From: Octopus vulgaris
Lineage: Eukaryota
Length of the DNA stretch: 64,000 nucleotides
Direction: 5' to 3'
NCBI GenBank assembly: GCA_951406725.2
Contig: OX597821.1
Location: 50,344,001-50,408,000 of the forward strand
Shown in pieces: positions 1 to 12,355 of this stretch; the stretch's first letter is position 1, and the number at the start of each line of letters is the position of its first letter. The position numbers were made by a program, and so were the translations under genes. The notes beneath the pieces were generated by a model. It was not told the DNA's origin and did not search any database. It worked only from the letters and a program-made list of their open reading frames with translations.

Positions 1-118
1 ATAAATATATATATGCATACATAATTAAGGATAAAATCAACTAATGATCTTATCAATGGCCAAATGTAATAAAAACCTTAAAGGTAAACATTAATATAAA
101 TATATAATTATATAGATA

Positions 119-420
119 TAATTATAATTAAGGGTACAGAGAAATAGCACCTACATGCTATATATACGAATGGATATGTATATACACTTATATTTATCTA
201 CTTCTGATATATTCTTCTGATGACAGTAAATTAATCGGTATTACTAAACCAAAAATTGGATAATCTAGAATTAACCTCAAAATTTTGCCAAATTTCTTTT
301 ACTCATTTGCTCACTTTCAGCCTTGTGCTAATGGAGTGTAATTTGAAGTGGTTTTTAGAATCTTCTGACATTTATCTCTAGGGTGTAGGTGCTGTCTCTC
401 AGTACCCTTAATTATAATTA
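119..420. repeat. Inverted repeat next to (TA)n, probable Penelope-like element terminus
   Basis: 119-155 (taattataattaagggtacagagaaatagcacctaca) is nearly the reverse complement of 384-420; CTGATGA at 217-223 lies in the loop. Confidence 0.65.
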
Positions 421-787
421 TACATATATATATATATATATATACCAGCATACTACGAGAGAGTACAACATGCTTGGAGGAACTCAGTATATGTAGTAGG
501 ATATCTTTTTTATACCAAACACCTGAGGTGACACACACTGCGCAGATTGATGCAACACAGAATGCACGATATCCTACCCATAAGGGAGAGCTGCAAGATG
601 ATCTTTGCACTGAATAAAGATCCATGCCAAATTCATTTTCCATTTCCCTCATCAATTATAAACTAAACAAACACTGCAGAATTCCTGATGTAGATCCAGT
701 GAAAATTATATCATAACAGTGGATGATATCAGGTAGCCCAAACGGTGAATGTGCTTTAATTAGCATGCTAATAGACATTTACCCAAA

Positions 788-1050
788 GTCCGTGGCTGTG
801 TGGTGAGTAGCTTGCTTATGAACCTCATGGTTCCGGGTTCAGTCCCACAGCATGGCACCTTGGGTAAGTGTCTTCTACTATAGCCTCGGGCTGACCAAAG
901 CCTTGTGAGTGGATTTGGTAGATGGAAACTGAAAGAAGCTCATCGTATATATGTATGTGTGTGTGTGTGTGCATGAGTTTGTGTGTCTGTGTTTGTCCCC
1001 CCAACATCGCTTGACAACCAATGCTGGTGTGTTTATGTCCCCCTAACTTT
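788..1050 (+). mobile_element. tRNA-headed SINE, family B, 3'-truncated
   Basis: gtggctgtgtggt...ggttcagtcccac...accttgggtaagtgtcttctactatagcc; many copies in window. Confidence 0.8.
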
Positions 1051-1249
1051 TGGGGGTTTTGCAGTAAATCACTAAATCATCCATAACTTTTGTATTATCC
1101 TCTCAAATTACACCAAAATCTCAGGCAATAACAAATAATATCGTATTTATTGTCTGTGAAAATTATAGAATATAAAACAACTTTGATAAAAAATTATATC
1201 TACTTTTCTGACGAAAACAATGCTGTTCTGAACATTTTGGTCGCAACTG
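1050..1249. mobile_element. Tc1-like transposon end
   Basis: ends gttctgaacattttggtcgcaactg followed by TA, i.e. a CAGT-starting TIR at a TA target; no partner end seen. Confidence 0.5.
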
Positions 1250-2429
1250 TATATATATATATATATATATAATATTATTTAAGATAAATAATGAAGAATG
1301 TAATCTGAACAGAGTAGTTTATATGGATAACAGAAGCAATAATCAAAAGAAAAATAGTTACAATAGCGATGATTATGAAGATATCAATATAAATATTTAA
1401 TGTGGATGACAACAGTGCTGCTGTGGCGTTGCAATTCAGCTCTCAGTGAGCAAAGTTTCACAGCCTGGTCTCATCAGTTCTTGGTCATAACTATTTCACT
1501 TCATTTACCTCGTTAATTAATGCTTACAAGTAAGCTACGAGCATCATGTAATTTCATTTCTTCCCACCTCAATCAAAGACCTTGTGTCAGTATCAGAAAT
1601 CAATAGAGCAGCAGTAGAAGTAGAGTAGCAGCAATAGCAGTAGTAGTAGTAGTACAATATCAATCATTTTTATAGTAATATCTATAATTTGGAGAGTCCA
1701 AATGTTATTTCTTGTATTTGGCAACAAGACAAGAATTTTTGTAATTCACTGAATCAATGGATTGAATCTTACTTCCTAGACATCCCCCTACCCCATCCCA
1801 TAAAGAGCTAAGGTGGAGTAAAGTTTTGTAGGATTTGAACCCAGATTTAAATAATTAAATAATGTAAGACATTCACTATTGGTCACTGTGGTATTTCTGC
1901 CATTCCTCTGCAAAAAATATTATGAGGTACAATAAATCAATAGATCAATGAGATCCAATCACAGATGATTGGCGATACGTAAGTTCTGATTCTGAGTTGC
2001 CAATCGCACAACATATTTCATTTATAGATTCAACATCATCATGATTGCTTTTAATGTCTCCTTTTCTATGCCTGCATAGGTCAGATGGATGCAAATTGCT
2101 GAGGTTGATTTTCAACAGCCAAAGGTTCTTCATGTCACCAATCTTTACCTTTCAAAGTAAGGTAATATTTCCCCTAGTTCTCCAAACAGTGAATAGCAAA
2201 ATAGCTAAATGTGTTTTTGCAGAAGAATGTAAGCAGTTACCATTTATACAAATAGTAGCTTGTTTTGAATCAATATGCAAATATCAGAAAAAAAATGCAA
2301 TGGCGTATTACCTAATTTATAACTATAATTTGAAAGATATGCATTGGAGCTCTTGAACCTAAAGAAAATATTCTTCTCATTAAAATATTCTTCTTATTAA
2401 ACAATGTGGCCACCCCTGAGATATATCAT

Positions 2430-2720
2430 CATCATTATATCATCATTTAACAACTGCTTTTCCATTCTGGCACAGGTTGGACAGCTTGACAGGAACTGAT
2501 AAGGCCAGGGACTGCACTAAGTTATATACCGTTTTGGTTTAGTATCTATGGTTGGATGCCCTTCCGAACGCCACCCACTCCTCAGAGTGTGCTGGGTGCT
2601 TTTTTACATAGGACCAGATGCTTTTTAAGTGGCACCAGCACCAGTGCTTATTACATGGTACCTTGATTTTAGGATCTTAGTTCTGTTGTGGTGGGCAGGT
2701 CTTCTCAAATACAGCAATGC
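2430..2720 (-). mobile_element. Degenerate SINE/RTE-tail repeat, family D
   Basis: ggatgcccttccgaacgccacccactc...gggtgctttttac matches copies at 9236 and 28570; (CAT)n tail. Confidence 0.6.
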
Positions 2721-2816
2721 ATTATGAGTATATATATATATATATAAAAACAACACACCAGCATCAGTTGTCAGGTGATGTTGGGGGAGAGAGAGAGAGA
2801 GAGAGAGACAGACAAA

Positions 2817-3211
2817 GGAGTGGTTGTGTGGTAAGTAGCTAGCTTACCAACCACATGGTTCCAAGTTCAGTCCCACTGCATGGCACCCTTGGGCGAGTAT
2901 CTTCTACTATAGCCTCAGGTTGACTGAAGCCTTGTGAGTGGATTTGGAAGACAGAAACTGAAAAAAGCCTGTCATGTATATACATGTGTGTGTGTGTGTG
3001 TGTTTGTGTATCTGCGTTTCTTCCTCCAACATCACTTGACAACTGATGCTGGTGTGTTTATGTCCCCATAACTTAGCGGTTCAGCAAAAGAGACTTATAG
3101 AATAAGTACTAGGCTTACAAAGAATAAGTCCTGGGGTCACTTTGCTCAACTAAAGGCAGTGCTCCAGCATGGCCGCAATCAAATGACTGAAACAAGTAAA
3201 AGAATAAAAGA
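2817..3211 (+). mobile_element. tRNA-headed SINE, family B, near full length
   Basis: A/B-box-like head, internal (TG)n, tail ...ccagcatggccgcaatcaaatgactgaaacaagtaaaag. Confidence 0.85.
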
Positions 3212-3233
3212 ATACATACACGCACGCACACAT

Positions 3234-3265
<32 letters not shown>

Positions 3266-3284
3266 GTATGTATGTACATATTTA

Positions 3285-3842
3285 TTGGGTTGTCTGGAAA
3301 GTTCATGCTGATTTATAATAGCTTTCAACTTATTTTAGAACATGGTGAGCCCATAAAATAGGATTTGACAACACCTCCATTTAGAGCACCGTTTAAGCTA
3401 TCTTTTTGTGGAAGAAGGTTTATGTTCCTATAACCTGTGTTAATTCTGTAACTCTTTAAAATGGAAGATAAAGTTCATTTTCGGCACTTGATGCTTTGGG
3501 AACTAGACAAAAATTGCTGCAGCTCGGCTGGGATGTGTTACCCCACCCTCCATATTCACCAGATATTGCTCCTTCGGATTTCCACTTATTCAGGTCTCTG
3601 CAGAATAGTCTTAATGGTAAAAAATTCAATTCCTTGGATGATGTAAAAAGATAGCTTGATGAATTCTTTGCCATGAAACCACCTCAATTCTGAGAAGAGG
3701 GTATTTTCAAGTTAAAGGAAAGATGGAGACGCATTGTGCAACAAAGTGGTTCATATTTCAGTTGATTAAAAATGTAGTGGCAAGTATTTATTGACCTGTT
3801 TCTTTCCTTTAAAAAACGGCATGAACTTTCCGGACAACCCAC
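3285..3842 (+). mobile_element. Internally deleted mariner transposon
   Basis: TIRs ttgggttgtctggaaagttcatgc / gcatgaactttccggacaacccac, TA on both sides; MEDKVHFRHLMLWE fused to LGWDVLPHPPYSPDIAPSDFHLFRSLQN with stops. Confidence 0.92.
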
Positions 3843-4362
3843 TAAATACACACAATGTGGGTAGGTTAAAAATCCAAGCTGTGCCCTTTTGAAGCACATC
3901 TGCTTATTCCAGTATTACAAGCCAGTATGTAGACACTGCTGTTGTTGTATGGATGTAAGGTACATATTAGAGTTGAAAATTCTGGAAATATTGTTTTCAG
4001 AGTTATTATATAACAAAACAGGATGTTGGAAATTTTTCTGTTATTAGTTATTTTCATCTTGCATTATCTTGTAACTTTAAAATTTCAAGGATGTGATTGT
4101 TTAGTTTTAGACTGACACTGTAGGGTAGGTGTGAGGACAGAACCAGTGAGCTTGAACATAAAAACAGACAGAATAATTCCATTTAAATAAACTTTATTTC
4201 TTAACTGGCACTTTACTTTATCAACACTGAAAAGATGAATGGCAAAGGTGACCTCTCAAAGAAATTTTGAACTCTGAACATAGAAATCCAAAAGAAATAT
4301 TAAGTAATTTTATCCTACATTTTAACATATCTGCCAGTCTAATACCATAATAATAATAATAA

Positions 4363-4807
4363 TGGTATAAAAGATGGGCTACAGCAAATATTCTGCTCAA
4401 TACCACAGATTTGCTTGTCAGTTGTTTGACCTTAACCAGTTGAGCATGTCCCTTGGTGGCTAACGATATGTGCATCTCTGATCACAAGCAGAAGTAGTGG
4501 GGGACCATGTGTTGTGAGGAAGTCTTTGGAGTTTGGATAATTTACCTCTGGAAACATGGGTGTTTCATTCAACATCCTTAAACAACCCTTATTCAAGGAC
4601 CTTTTGTGTGGGATGGGTTACTAAACCTAAAGAAAATTCTAACTGGGCCCCACCTGCAAGGTGATGCGCTGTTTATCTTGATATGAGATCACCATGTCGC
4701 GCACATATGGATGTGATGCATGTGCCTGGTGTACCCTTATCAGACAGGTAGTCATGATGGGTATATTTTACCCCAGTGTCACTGACGGCATGCACTGCTC
4801 TCTCACT
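4363..4807. repeat. Unclassified interspersed element flanked by (TAA)n, copy 1 (truncated)
   Basis: Highly similar to 5880-6340; TAA repeats on both sides. Confidence 0.8.
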
Positions 4808-4808
4808 G

Positions 4809-4847
<39 letters not shown>

Positions 4848-5285
4848 CCTTCCTATTATAGGCACAGGGCCTGAAATTTTGATGGGAAGGGCTAAGTCAA
4901 TTACATCAACACCAATGCTCAGCTGCTAGTTATTTCATCAACCACCAAAAAGATGAAAAGTAAAGTTGACGGCATCAGAATTTAAATTTAGAATGTAAAG
5001 ACAGACAAAACGCTGAGTGGCATTTTGTCTGGAACGCTAGTAATTCTTCCAGCTCACAGTCTTTGATAATAATAATAATAACTCTTTCTATTATAGGCAC
5101 AAGGTCTAAAATTTTAGAGGAATGGGCTAGTCAAAGTAATCGACACCAGTGTTCAACTTGTGACCCTCAAAGGATGGAAGGCAAAGTCAACCATGACAGA
5201 ATTTGAACAGAGAATGTAAAAACAGACAAAATGCCACTAAGCAATTTGCCCAACATGCAAATGATTCTGCCAGTTCACCACCTTA
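4848..5285 (-). mobile_element. Two tandem family A SINEs separated by (TAA)n
   Basis: ggcac(a)aggcctgaaatt...gatgaaaggcaaagtc...ctgccagctc core repeated. Confidence 0.75.
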
Positions 5286-5344
5286 ATGATAATAATTATT
5301 ATCATCATTATAATAATAATAATTATTATTATTATTATTATTAT

Positions 5345-5783
5345 TATTTCTTTTATTGCCACAAGGTCCTCAAAAGAGGGGGACATTACAAGACCAGTTT
5401 ACAATTTGCGTAGGGATTTACATAAGAGATGAGGGAGAAAGAATGAGCAAGGAGGGTGACATGAGATAAAAGTATTCATAGTATACAAAATATGTGAACA
5501 TATGACGGATGCAGCTCTCCTGATACAAGAACACTTTCACCTTGACCACCAAAGGCACAAGCCTTCACTCAACTGTTATTCTACAATCTACAAACATATT
5601 CCTAAAGTATCCTAAGAAACTTTTTGCCACAGTCATTCACCTTCTCACAAATTCAATGGGAGAAAGTAAATCTCTCTCCACTTTCATTTTCCTTTCAAAG
5701 TGGTACTTTAAAAAGTTGAAGAGGAAAATGTCTTCTTCAATCCTTTTAGCCTTATCCACCATACAACCTCTTTCACCACAGCC
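5345..5783 (-). mobile_element. Probable Tx1/L1-type LINE 3' end remnant
   Basis: Minus-strand translation LFNFLKYHFERKMKVERDLLSPIEFVRR*MTVAK followed by an A-rich tail; family assignment is from memory. Confidence 0.4.
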
Positions 5784-5795
5784 AATAATAATAAT

Positions 5796-6340
5796 TCCCT
5801 GATGCAGTGCCAGACAGTAGCTCTCGTGGCTTTTAATCTTAATTGATTGGAAGTGTTATCATGTATATTGCTTTGTTTTGGTATAAAAGATGAGCTACAG
5901 CAAATATTCTGCTCAATACCACAGATTTGCTTGTCAGTTGCTTGGCCTTAGCCAGTTGAGCATGTCCCTAGGTGGCTGATGATATGTGCATCTCTGATCA
6001 TGAGCAGAAGTAGTGGGGGAGCATCATAACCATGTGTTGAGAGGAAGTCTTTGGAGTTTGAATAATTCACCTTTGAAAACATGGGTGTTTCGTTCAACAT
6101 TCTTAAACAACTCTTATTCAGGGACCTTTTGAGTGGGATGGGCTACTTGACCTCAAGAAAATTCTAACTGGGCCCCACCTGCACTGTTTATCTTCATATG
6201 AGTTCACCATGTCACGCACATATGGTTGTGATGCATGTGCCTGGTGTACCCTTATCAGACGGGTAGTCATGATGGGTATACTGGGCTTCGTATATTTTAC
6301 CCCAGTGTCACTTTGATGGCATGCACTACTCTCTCACTCA
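5796..6340. repeat. Unclassified interspersed element flanked by (TAA)n, copy 2
   Basis: Longer copy of 4363-4807; AAT repeats on both sides. Confidence 0.8.
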
Positions 6341-6365
6341 ATTATAATAATAATAATAATAAATA

Positions 6366-6668
6366 ATGTTTGTTCCTTCTCAAGCCATGTCTGGTTCATA
6401 GGGCCAGTTACCTGGTTTCCTTGGCATATAGGTTCCCCACCTGGACGGACGCCAGTCCATCGCAGGTGAGCTGCAAGATGCAGGAGGAAAGAGTGAGAGA
6501 AAGTTGTGGCGAAAGAGTCAGCAGAAGTTCGCCGTTACCTTCTGCCGGAGTCAAGGAGAGCTTAAATGCTTTGCTCATAAACACATACATCACCCAGTCT
6601 GAGATTCGAACCCACGATCCCTCGACTGCGAGTCCGCTACTCTAACTACTAGGCCATGTGCCTCCACA
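6366..6668 (-). mobile_element. tRNA-headed SINE, family C (V-domain-like)
   Basis: Minus strand gtggaggcacatggcctagtagttagagtagcggactcgc...gggttcgaatc; cctgcgatggactggcgtcc motif; copy at 11810. Confidence 0.85.
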
Positions 6669-6684
6669 ATAATAAATAATATTA

Positions 6685-7300
6685 GCTTTTGACAGAAGGC
6701 CAGCAAGTTTGGGGGAGAGGGTAAATCAATTACACTGACCCCACTACTTGACTGGTACTTAATTTATCGACTCCAAAAGGATGAAAGGCAAAGTTGAGCC
6801 CAGCAGCATTTGAACTCAGAACATAAAGATGAAATGCCACTAAGCATTTTGCCCAGCATGCTAATGTTTCTGCCAGTTCACTGCCTTCTTAATAATAATA
6901 ATAATCCCCTTTCTACTGTAGGTACAAGGCCTGAAATAATTGGGGTAGGGGGTAAGTTGCTCACATCAACCCCAGTACTTGACGGGTACTTAATTTATTG
7001 ACCCCAAAGGGATGAAAGACAAAGTCGACTTCGGCAGAATAAGAACTGAGAAGACAGTGGAAATACCTATTTCTTTACTACCCACAAGGGGCTAAACACA
7101 GAGGGGACAAACAAGGACAGACAAGCGGATTAAGTCGATTACATCGACCCCAGTGCGTAATTGGTACTTAATTTATCGACCCCGAAAGGATGAAAGGCAA
7201 AGTCGATCTCAGCGGAATTTGAACTCAGAACGCAGCGGCAGACGAAATACTGCAAAGCATTTCACCCGGCATGCCAACATTTCTGCCAGCTCGCCACCTT
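6685..7300 (-). mobile_element. Array of three family A SINEs (Nin/Deu-like core)
   Basis: Repeated gcctttcatcctttcggggtcgataaattaagtacc core; 7065-7300 is near full length. Confidence 0.8.
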
Positions 7301-8084
7301 AACAACAACAACAACAACAATTCTTTCTAACTTCTTTTTTAAATATTGATGTGATACCTTTACTCTTGAATTGAAGTAAGTTATTTGTTAGTTTACTGTG
7401 ATTACAAATGGTTTTTGTGTTTTTTTTTCTTTAATTTGTTGGCACCCTTCTTCAATCTGAAACTCTCAAAATATTCACGTTCCATAACACCCTCTCTGAT
7501 TTTCTCTCCCTCCCCCTCTCCTTCCACAAGTTATAAACACACTTTCCCTGGAACTGAATCTTTCAAAAAAACAAGGATCTAACCATATGTTTTCAACACT
7601 TCTTCAAACATACATTTTAACTTCACACCACTACCACCACCACCACCACTACTACTACCATATCCCCTTCTCTGAATGTGTAGGTGGCAAAACAAACTAA
7701 GAGCATAGACCTTGTGTACAGAATGATATGTAACAATAAAAAAAATAAAGAAAAAGACACATGACAGAAACAACAAATATAACAGCAATTACTATCAACT
7801 ATATCTTCAAGTTACTTCAATGAACCGGTGCTCACCCTTCCCCTTGTCTAAGAGGGAGTCTACTCAGGTTATGGCTCCAATAAACCCACCTCTCCTTGAT
7901 GCACTAAATAACAGTTGTTCTGAGACTAATTGAGTGTTCTGCTGCCAAATTTTAACTTGCATCATATAGTACGATGACACTGCGTTCTATGTTAAAACAA
8001 CAGCAGAAACAAACAGATGATATGAAGTGTGACCCAGCTGACCAATCAAACTTTAATTAGTGCTGTTTATTATTAAGAGAATCC

Positions 8085-8288
8085 AGAAGGCGGTGAGCTA
8101 ACACTGGGCTAAATACTTAGCAGCATTTTGTCTGCCTTTATGTTCTGAGTTCAAATTCTGCCAGAAGGCATTCATCCTTCTGTGGTCAATAAATTAGGTA
8201 ACAGTGAAACACTGGGGTCGATGTAATCAACTTGCTCCCTCCCACAAAATTTCAGGCCTTGTGCCTTTAGTAAAAAGGATTAATATTG

Positions 8289-8322
<34 letters not shown>

Positions 8323-8540
8323 AGCAAAGAGCTGGCAGAATCATTAGCACACTGGATGGAATGCTTAGCAGTATTTCGACCATCTTTACATTCTGAATTC
8401 AAATTCTGACAAGGTCAACTTTGCCTTTCATCCTTTCAGGATCAATAAATTATGTAAAAGTGAAACACTGGGGTCGATGTAACCAACTTGTCCCCTTCCC
8501 CAAAATTTCAGGCTTTGTGCTTTGAGTAGAAAGGATTATT
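8085..8540 (+). mobile_element. Two tandem family A SINEs separated by (TTA)n
   Basis: aggcggtgagct...gagttcaaattc...ctggggtcgatgtaa...caggccttgtgcc twice. Confidence 0.8.
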
Positions 8541-8624
8541 AAGAGAATTTAACCCTTGAGTTCACTTCATCATTTCTTTTATGACAAGAACTTCAGTATG
8601 GTTGGTTAGCATCTGAATGTTTTA

Positions 8625-9225
8625 TCTTTCATCTTTTATTTGTTCCAGTCATTACACTGTGGCCATGCTGGGGCACCACCTTGAAGAACTTTCAGTCAAA
8701 TAAATCAGCCCCAGTACTTTTTTCTTTTTTTCGACTCATACTTATTCTATCAGTTTCTTTTGCTGAACCACTAAGCTACAGGGTCATAAACATACCAACA
8801 CCAGTTAAGTGGTAGAGAGCGAGATACAAACACAAAAGAGACAAAGACACAGACAGATATTGAAATTCGATCGAGAACAATCCAGAGGAAAATGCAATTC
8901 TCACCAGCTATATAAACTCACAGTTCTTCAATTAGTAATTAGTTTAATAAGTGCCAAAACGCAAAACTCTTGGCCCTTGAGTCCTTTTGTTGCATCTGCT
9001 AAATATTAATAAACATATACATATACTCATGTTTTGTGTTTTATTTTTCCTATTTGCATTACCATATCTGTGTATATATATAATAGTTTTCTTTCAGCTT
9101 CCATCTACCTAATCCACTCATAAGGCTTTAGTTAGTCTGAGGCTATAGTAGAAGACACTTGCCCAAGGTGCCATGCAATGGGACTAAACCTAGAATCATG
9201 TGGTTGAGAAGTAAGCTTCTTATTT
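8625..9225 (-). mobile_element. Family B SINE split by an insertion of about 200 bp
   Basis: 3' half at 8625-8810 and 5' half at 9080-9225. Confidence 0.65.
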
Positions 9226-9235
9226 CTTTATTGCT

Positions 9236-9598
9236 CGGCACGTAAAAAGCACCATTTCAGCGTGATCGTTACCAGCATCGCCTTACTGGCACGTGAACAA
9301 AACATTCAAGTGAGGTCGTTGCCAGTGCCACTGGACTGACTCCTGTGTAGGTGGCATGTAAAAGACACCATTTCGAGCATGGCCGTTGCCAGTACTGCCA
9401 AACTGGCCCTCATGCCAGTGGCACGTAAAAGCACCCACTACATTCTCGGAGTGGTTGGCGTTAGGAAGGGCATCCAGCTGTAGAAACTCTGCCAGATCAG
9501 ATTGGAGTCTGATGCAGCTATCTGGTTTGCCAGTCCTCAGTCAAATTGTCCAACCCATTGCTAGCATGGAAAGCTGACGTTAAATGATGATGATGATG
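9236..9598 (+). mobile_element. Family D repeat with internal ggcacgtaaaaagcac subrepeats and (GAT)n tail
   Basis: gtggttggcgttaggaagggcatccagctgtagaaac...ctagcatggaaagctgacgttaaatgatgatg. Confidence 0.8.
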
Positions 9599-9599
9599 A

Positions 9600-9790
9600 A
9601 GGAGCTAAACACTGAGGAGACAAACAAGGACAGACAAAGGGATTAAGTCGATTACATCAACCCCAGTGTGTAACTGGTACTTAATTTATCGACCCCGAAA
9701 AGATGAAAGGCAAAGTCGACCTCGGCGGAATTTGAACCCAGAACGTAGCGGCAGACAAAATACCGCTAAGCAATTCGCCCAGCGTGATAT
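9600..9790 (-). mobile_element. Family A SINE
   Basis: Close match to 49624-49855. Confidence 0.8.
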
Positions 9791-10729
9791 GTTACATAAG
9801 CTCTTTACCACACACCCACGACTCTCACATATTCTTTCCATTTTCCTTTATCTAATATAAAAGATATGTGACAATAAGTAAAAATTTTATATCTCACTGG
9901 ACCGATAATATTTCTATAGATTTATTCATCATTATCATCATTTTAACATCTGCTTTTTCCATACAAGCATCAGTTAAATTGAGAATTGTATTCTACAGTG
10001 ACATGTTCTTCTTATTACAAACATTTGTTTCCATTTAAGGAACTTACATACCTGATTTTTCACATGACAAACCACAACAGCTGGACATGTTTTCACAACA
10101 GACACAAACACATACACATATATCCTCAACTTAGCTTCTATTTTTCCCAGGTCTACTCTGACCTGAAGTAGTAACACGTCAGTGTCCCAGCTATGGGTTA
10201 ACTAGCACATGTCCTTTTGGATAGATGGAGTTCATCAGCTTGGAAAGTAGTCTATCTAGGAGAAAGAAACTCTGATATAAAACCACAGCTGCCATGCAGG
10301 ATGGCATGAACAAGGCAGATTTCAGTTATATCTGGGACATCTGAGAGCCTGCTGCTATCACCCTAACCAGATCCAGCAAGTCACCACTCCCAATGTTGCC
10401 AAGCGTGTGGTCTTTGTGATCGCAACACATGGTCCACTCGAAGCAAAATCATACAAAGACCATCTGTAAGTTAATGCCTGCGACACACATATATACACTC
10501 AAAGATATGATTGGCTTCTGTACAGTGTCCGTCTATTTTACTTACAAGGCATTTATCAGCTTCAGATTATAAGTAGAAGTTACTTGCAAATGGTACCATG
10601 CAAGAGGAATGAACCCAAACACAAGTGGTTGCAAAACAAACTACACAGCTATACAGCTGTAGCTGTGTCTATAGCTATGCAGGTATCTGTATAAAGTAGA
10701 ATTAAATCAGCTAAATAATTATAATATAT

Positions 10730-10946
10730 TGGTTTCAGATTTTGGCACAAGGCCAGCAATTTCGGGGTAAGGGGCTAGGTTAATAACATCGACCCCAGTA
10801 ATCAACTGGTACCTACTTTATCAACCCCGTAAAGATGAAAGGCAAAGTTGACCTCGATGGCATTTGAACTCAGAACGTAAAGATGGATGAAATGTCGATT
10901 AGCATTTTTTCCATTGTGCTAACGATTCTGCCAGCTCAATGCCTTA
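10730..10946 (-). mobile_element. Family A SINE
   Basis: Same core as the other family A copies. Confidence 0.75.
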
Positions 10947-11211
10947 AATTGTTAAAATATATTGATATAAAACAAATTCATTCAGAAGTCACTTCTCTAC
11001 TACTTACAAACAAGTTATATCCCAGCCCAATTGCCTGACAAAATGAAGTAGTTCATACTGAAGAAAATCAAAACTGAAGTTAAGCAGTCAAAAATTTAAA
11101 TGCTGAAATAAAAAAAAAAGAAAAGAAAAGAAAAGGAAAAACAAGTAAGGGTTAGTATCAAGAAGAGCATCTAACAATCGAAAATCTGCCTCAATAATGC
11201 TTTGTCTAACC

Positions 11212-11738
11212 CAGGGGTGGGAAAACATTTTAGTGCAGTGGACAAAAATTTCCAAAGAAAAAGATCCACAGGCAGGTAACATGTTCTCTTATATCTGTGT
11301 AAATCTTGTATATATCTATGTATAATTCAATATTCACTAATAAAGATAAGTTTAACGCATTAAATTAAAACATAACATCTTCATTAATGCCACCACTGAA
11401 TTTAGGACGTTTGTATTACCTATGAGGTATTCTATATTTTTCAGCTAGAATGTAGTCAGGTTTCAAAGAGGTGGTATAAACATAGCAATATGTATTTCAT
11501 AGTGATAACAAAATTTGCATTCAAATGGCAATTACCGGATGATTTCTGTTTGAGTCTGACCGTTTTAAGTCATAGTGGAAACATGACCTATGTTGCAAAT
11601 AAGCATATGAATATTGTATAAATTTTATAATCGAAAAATTTACTATATTTTGTACATACGAGTATATCAGCCTGCAGGTGCAATTAAATGGGCTTGTGGG
11701 CACAATTGTGCCTACGGGTGAGGTTTTCCCCACCTTTG
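11212..11738. mobile_element. hAT (Charlie-like) MITE
   Basis: TIRs caggggtgggaaaac / gttttccccacctttg; 8-bp TSD gtctaacc / gtctaatc. Confidence 0.8.
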
Positions 11739-11809
11739 GTCTAATCCATGCCATCATGAAAAAAAATGTCAAAATGATGATGGACATTATATATATATAT
11801 ATATACATG

Positions 11810-12115
11810 TTGTTGTTTGTTCCTTCTCGAGCCACGCCTGGCTCATAGGGCCATTTTCCCAGTTACCTTGACATATAGTTGCCCCAACTGGATGGGACGC
11901 CAGTCCAGCACAGGTGAGTTGCAAGATGCAGGAGGAAAGAGTGAGAGAAAGTTGTGGCAAAAGAGTCAGCAGAAGTTCGTCATTACTTTCTGCCGGATCC
12001 ACGTGGAGCTTAGGTGTTTTGCTCATAAACACATACATCACTCAGTCTGAGATTCGAACCCGCGATCCCTTGACCACGAGTCCACTGTTCTAAACAGTAG
12101 GCCATGTGCCTCCAC
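11810..12115 (-). mobile_element. Family C SINE
   Basis: Matches 6366-6668. Confidence 0.85.
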
Positions 12116-12230
12116 TATACATAATGTAGGTAGGGTAAAATCCCAGCTGTGTTCTCTTGAAGCACATCTGCTTAATCCAGTATGTAGACACTGCCATTGT
12201 TGTATTGATGTAAGGTACATATCAGAGTTG

Positions 12231-12355
12231 AAAACAGGAAGTTGGAAAATTTATTCTCCATTACGCATTTCATTTGCTAATAAGTTCCTATCAGCAAATG
12301 AAACATATGTAATGGAGAATAAATAATACCAAAAAATTTTCCAACTTCCTGTTTT
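12231..12355. repeat. Hairpin within a repeat also present at about 3850-4055
   Basis: aaaacaggaagttggaaaat / attttccaacttcctgtttt plus inner ttattctccattac / gtaatggagaataa. Confidence 0.75.

Noticed and set aside
680-740. Hammerhead at cctgatgt...gatatcaggta
   Set aside because: Both core halves are mutated and stem I does not pair
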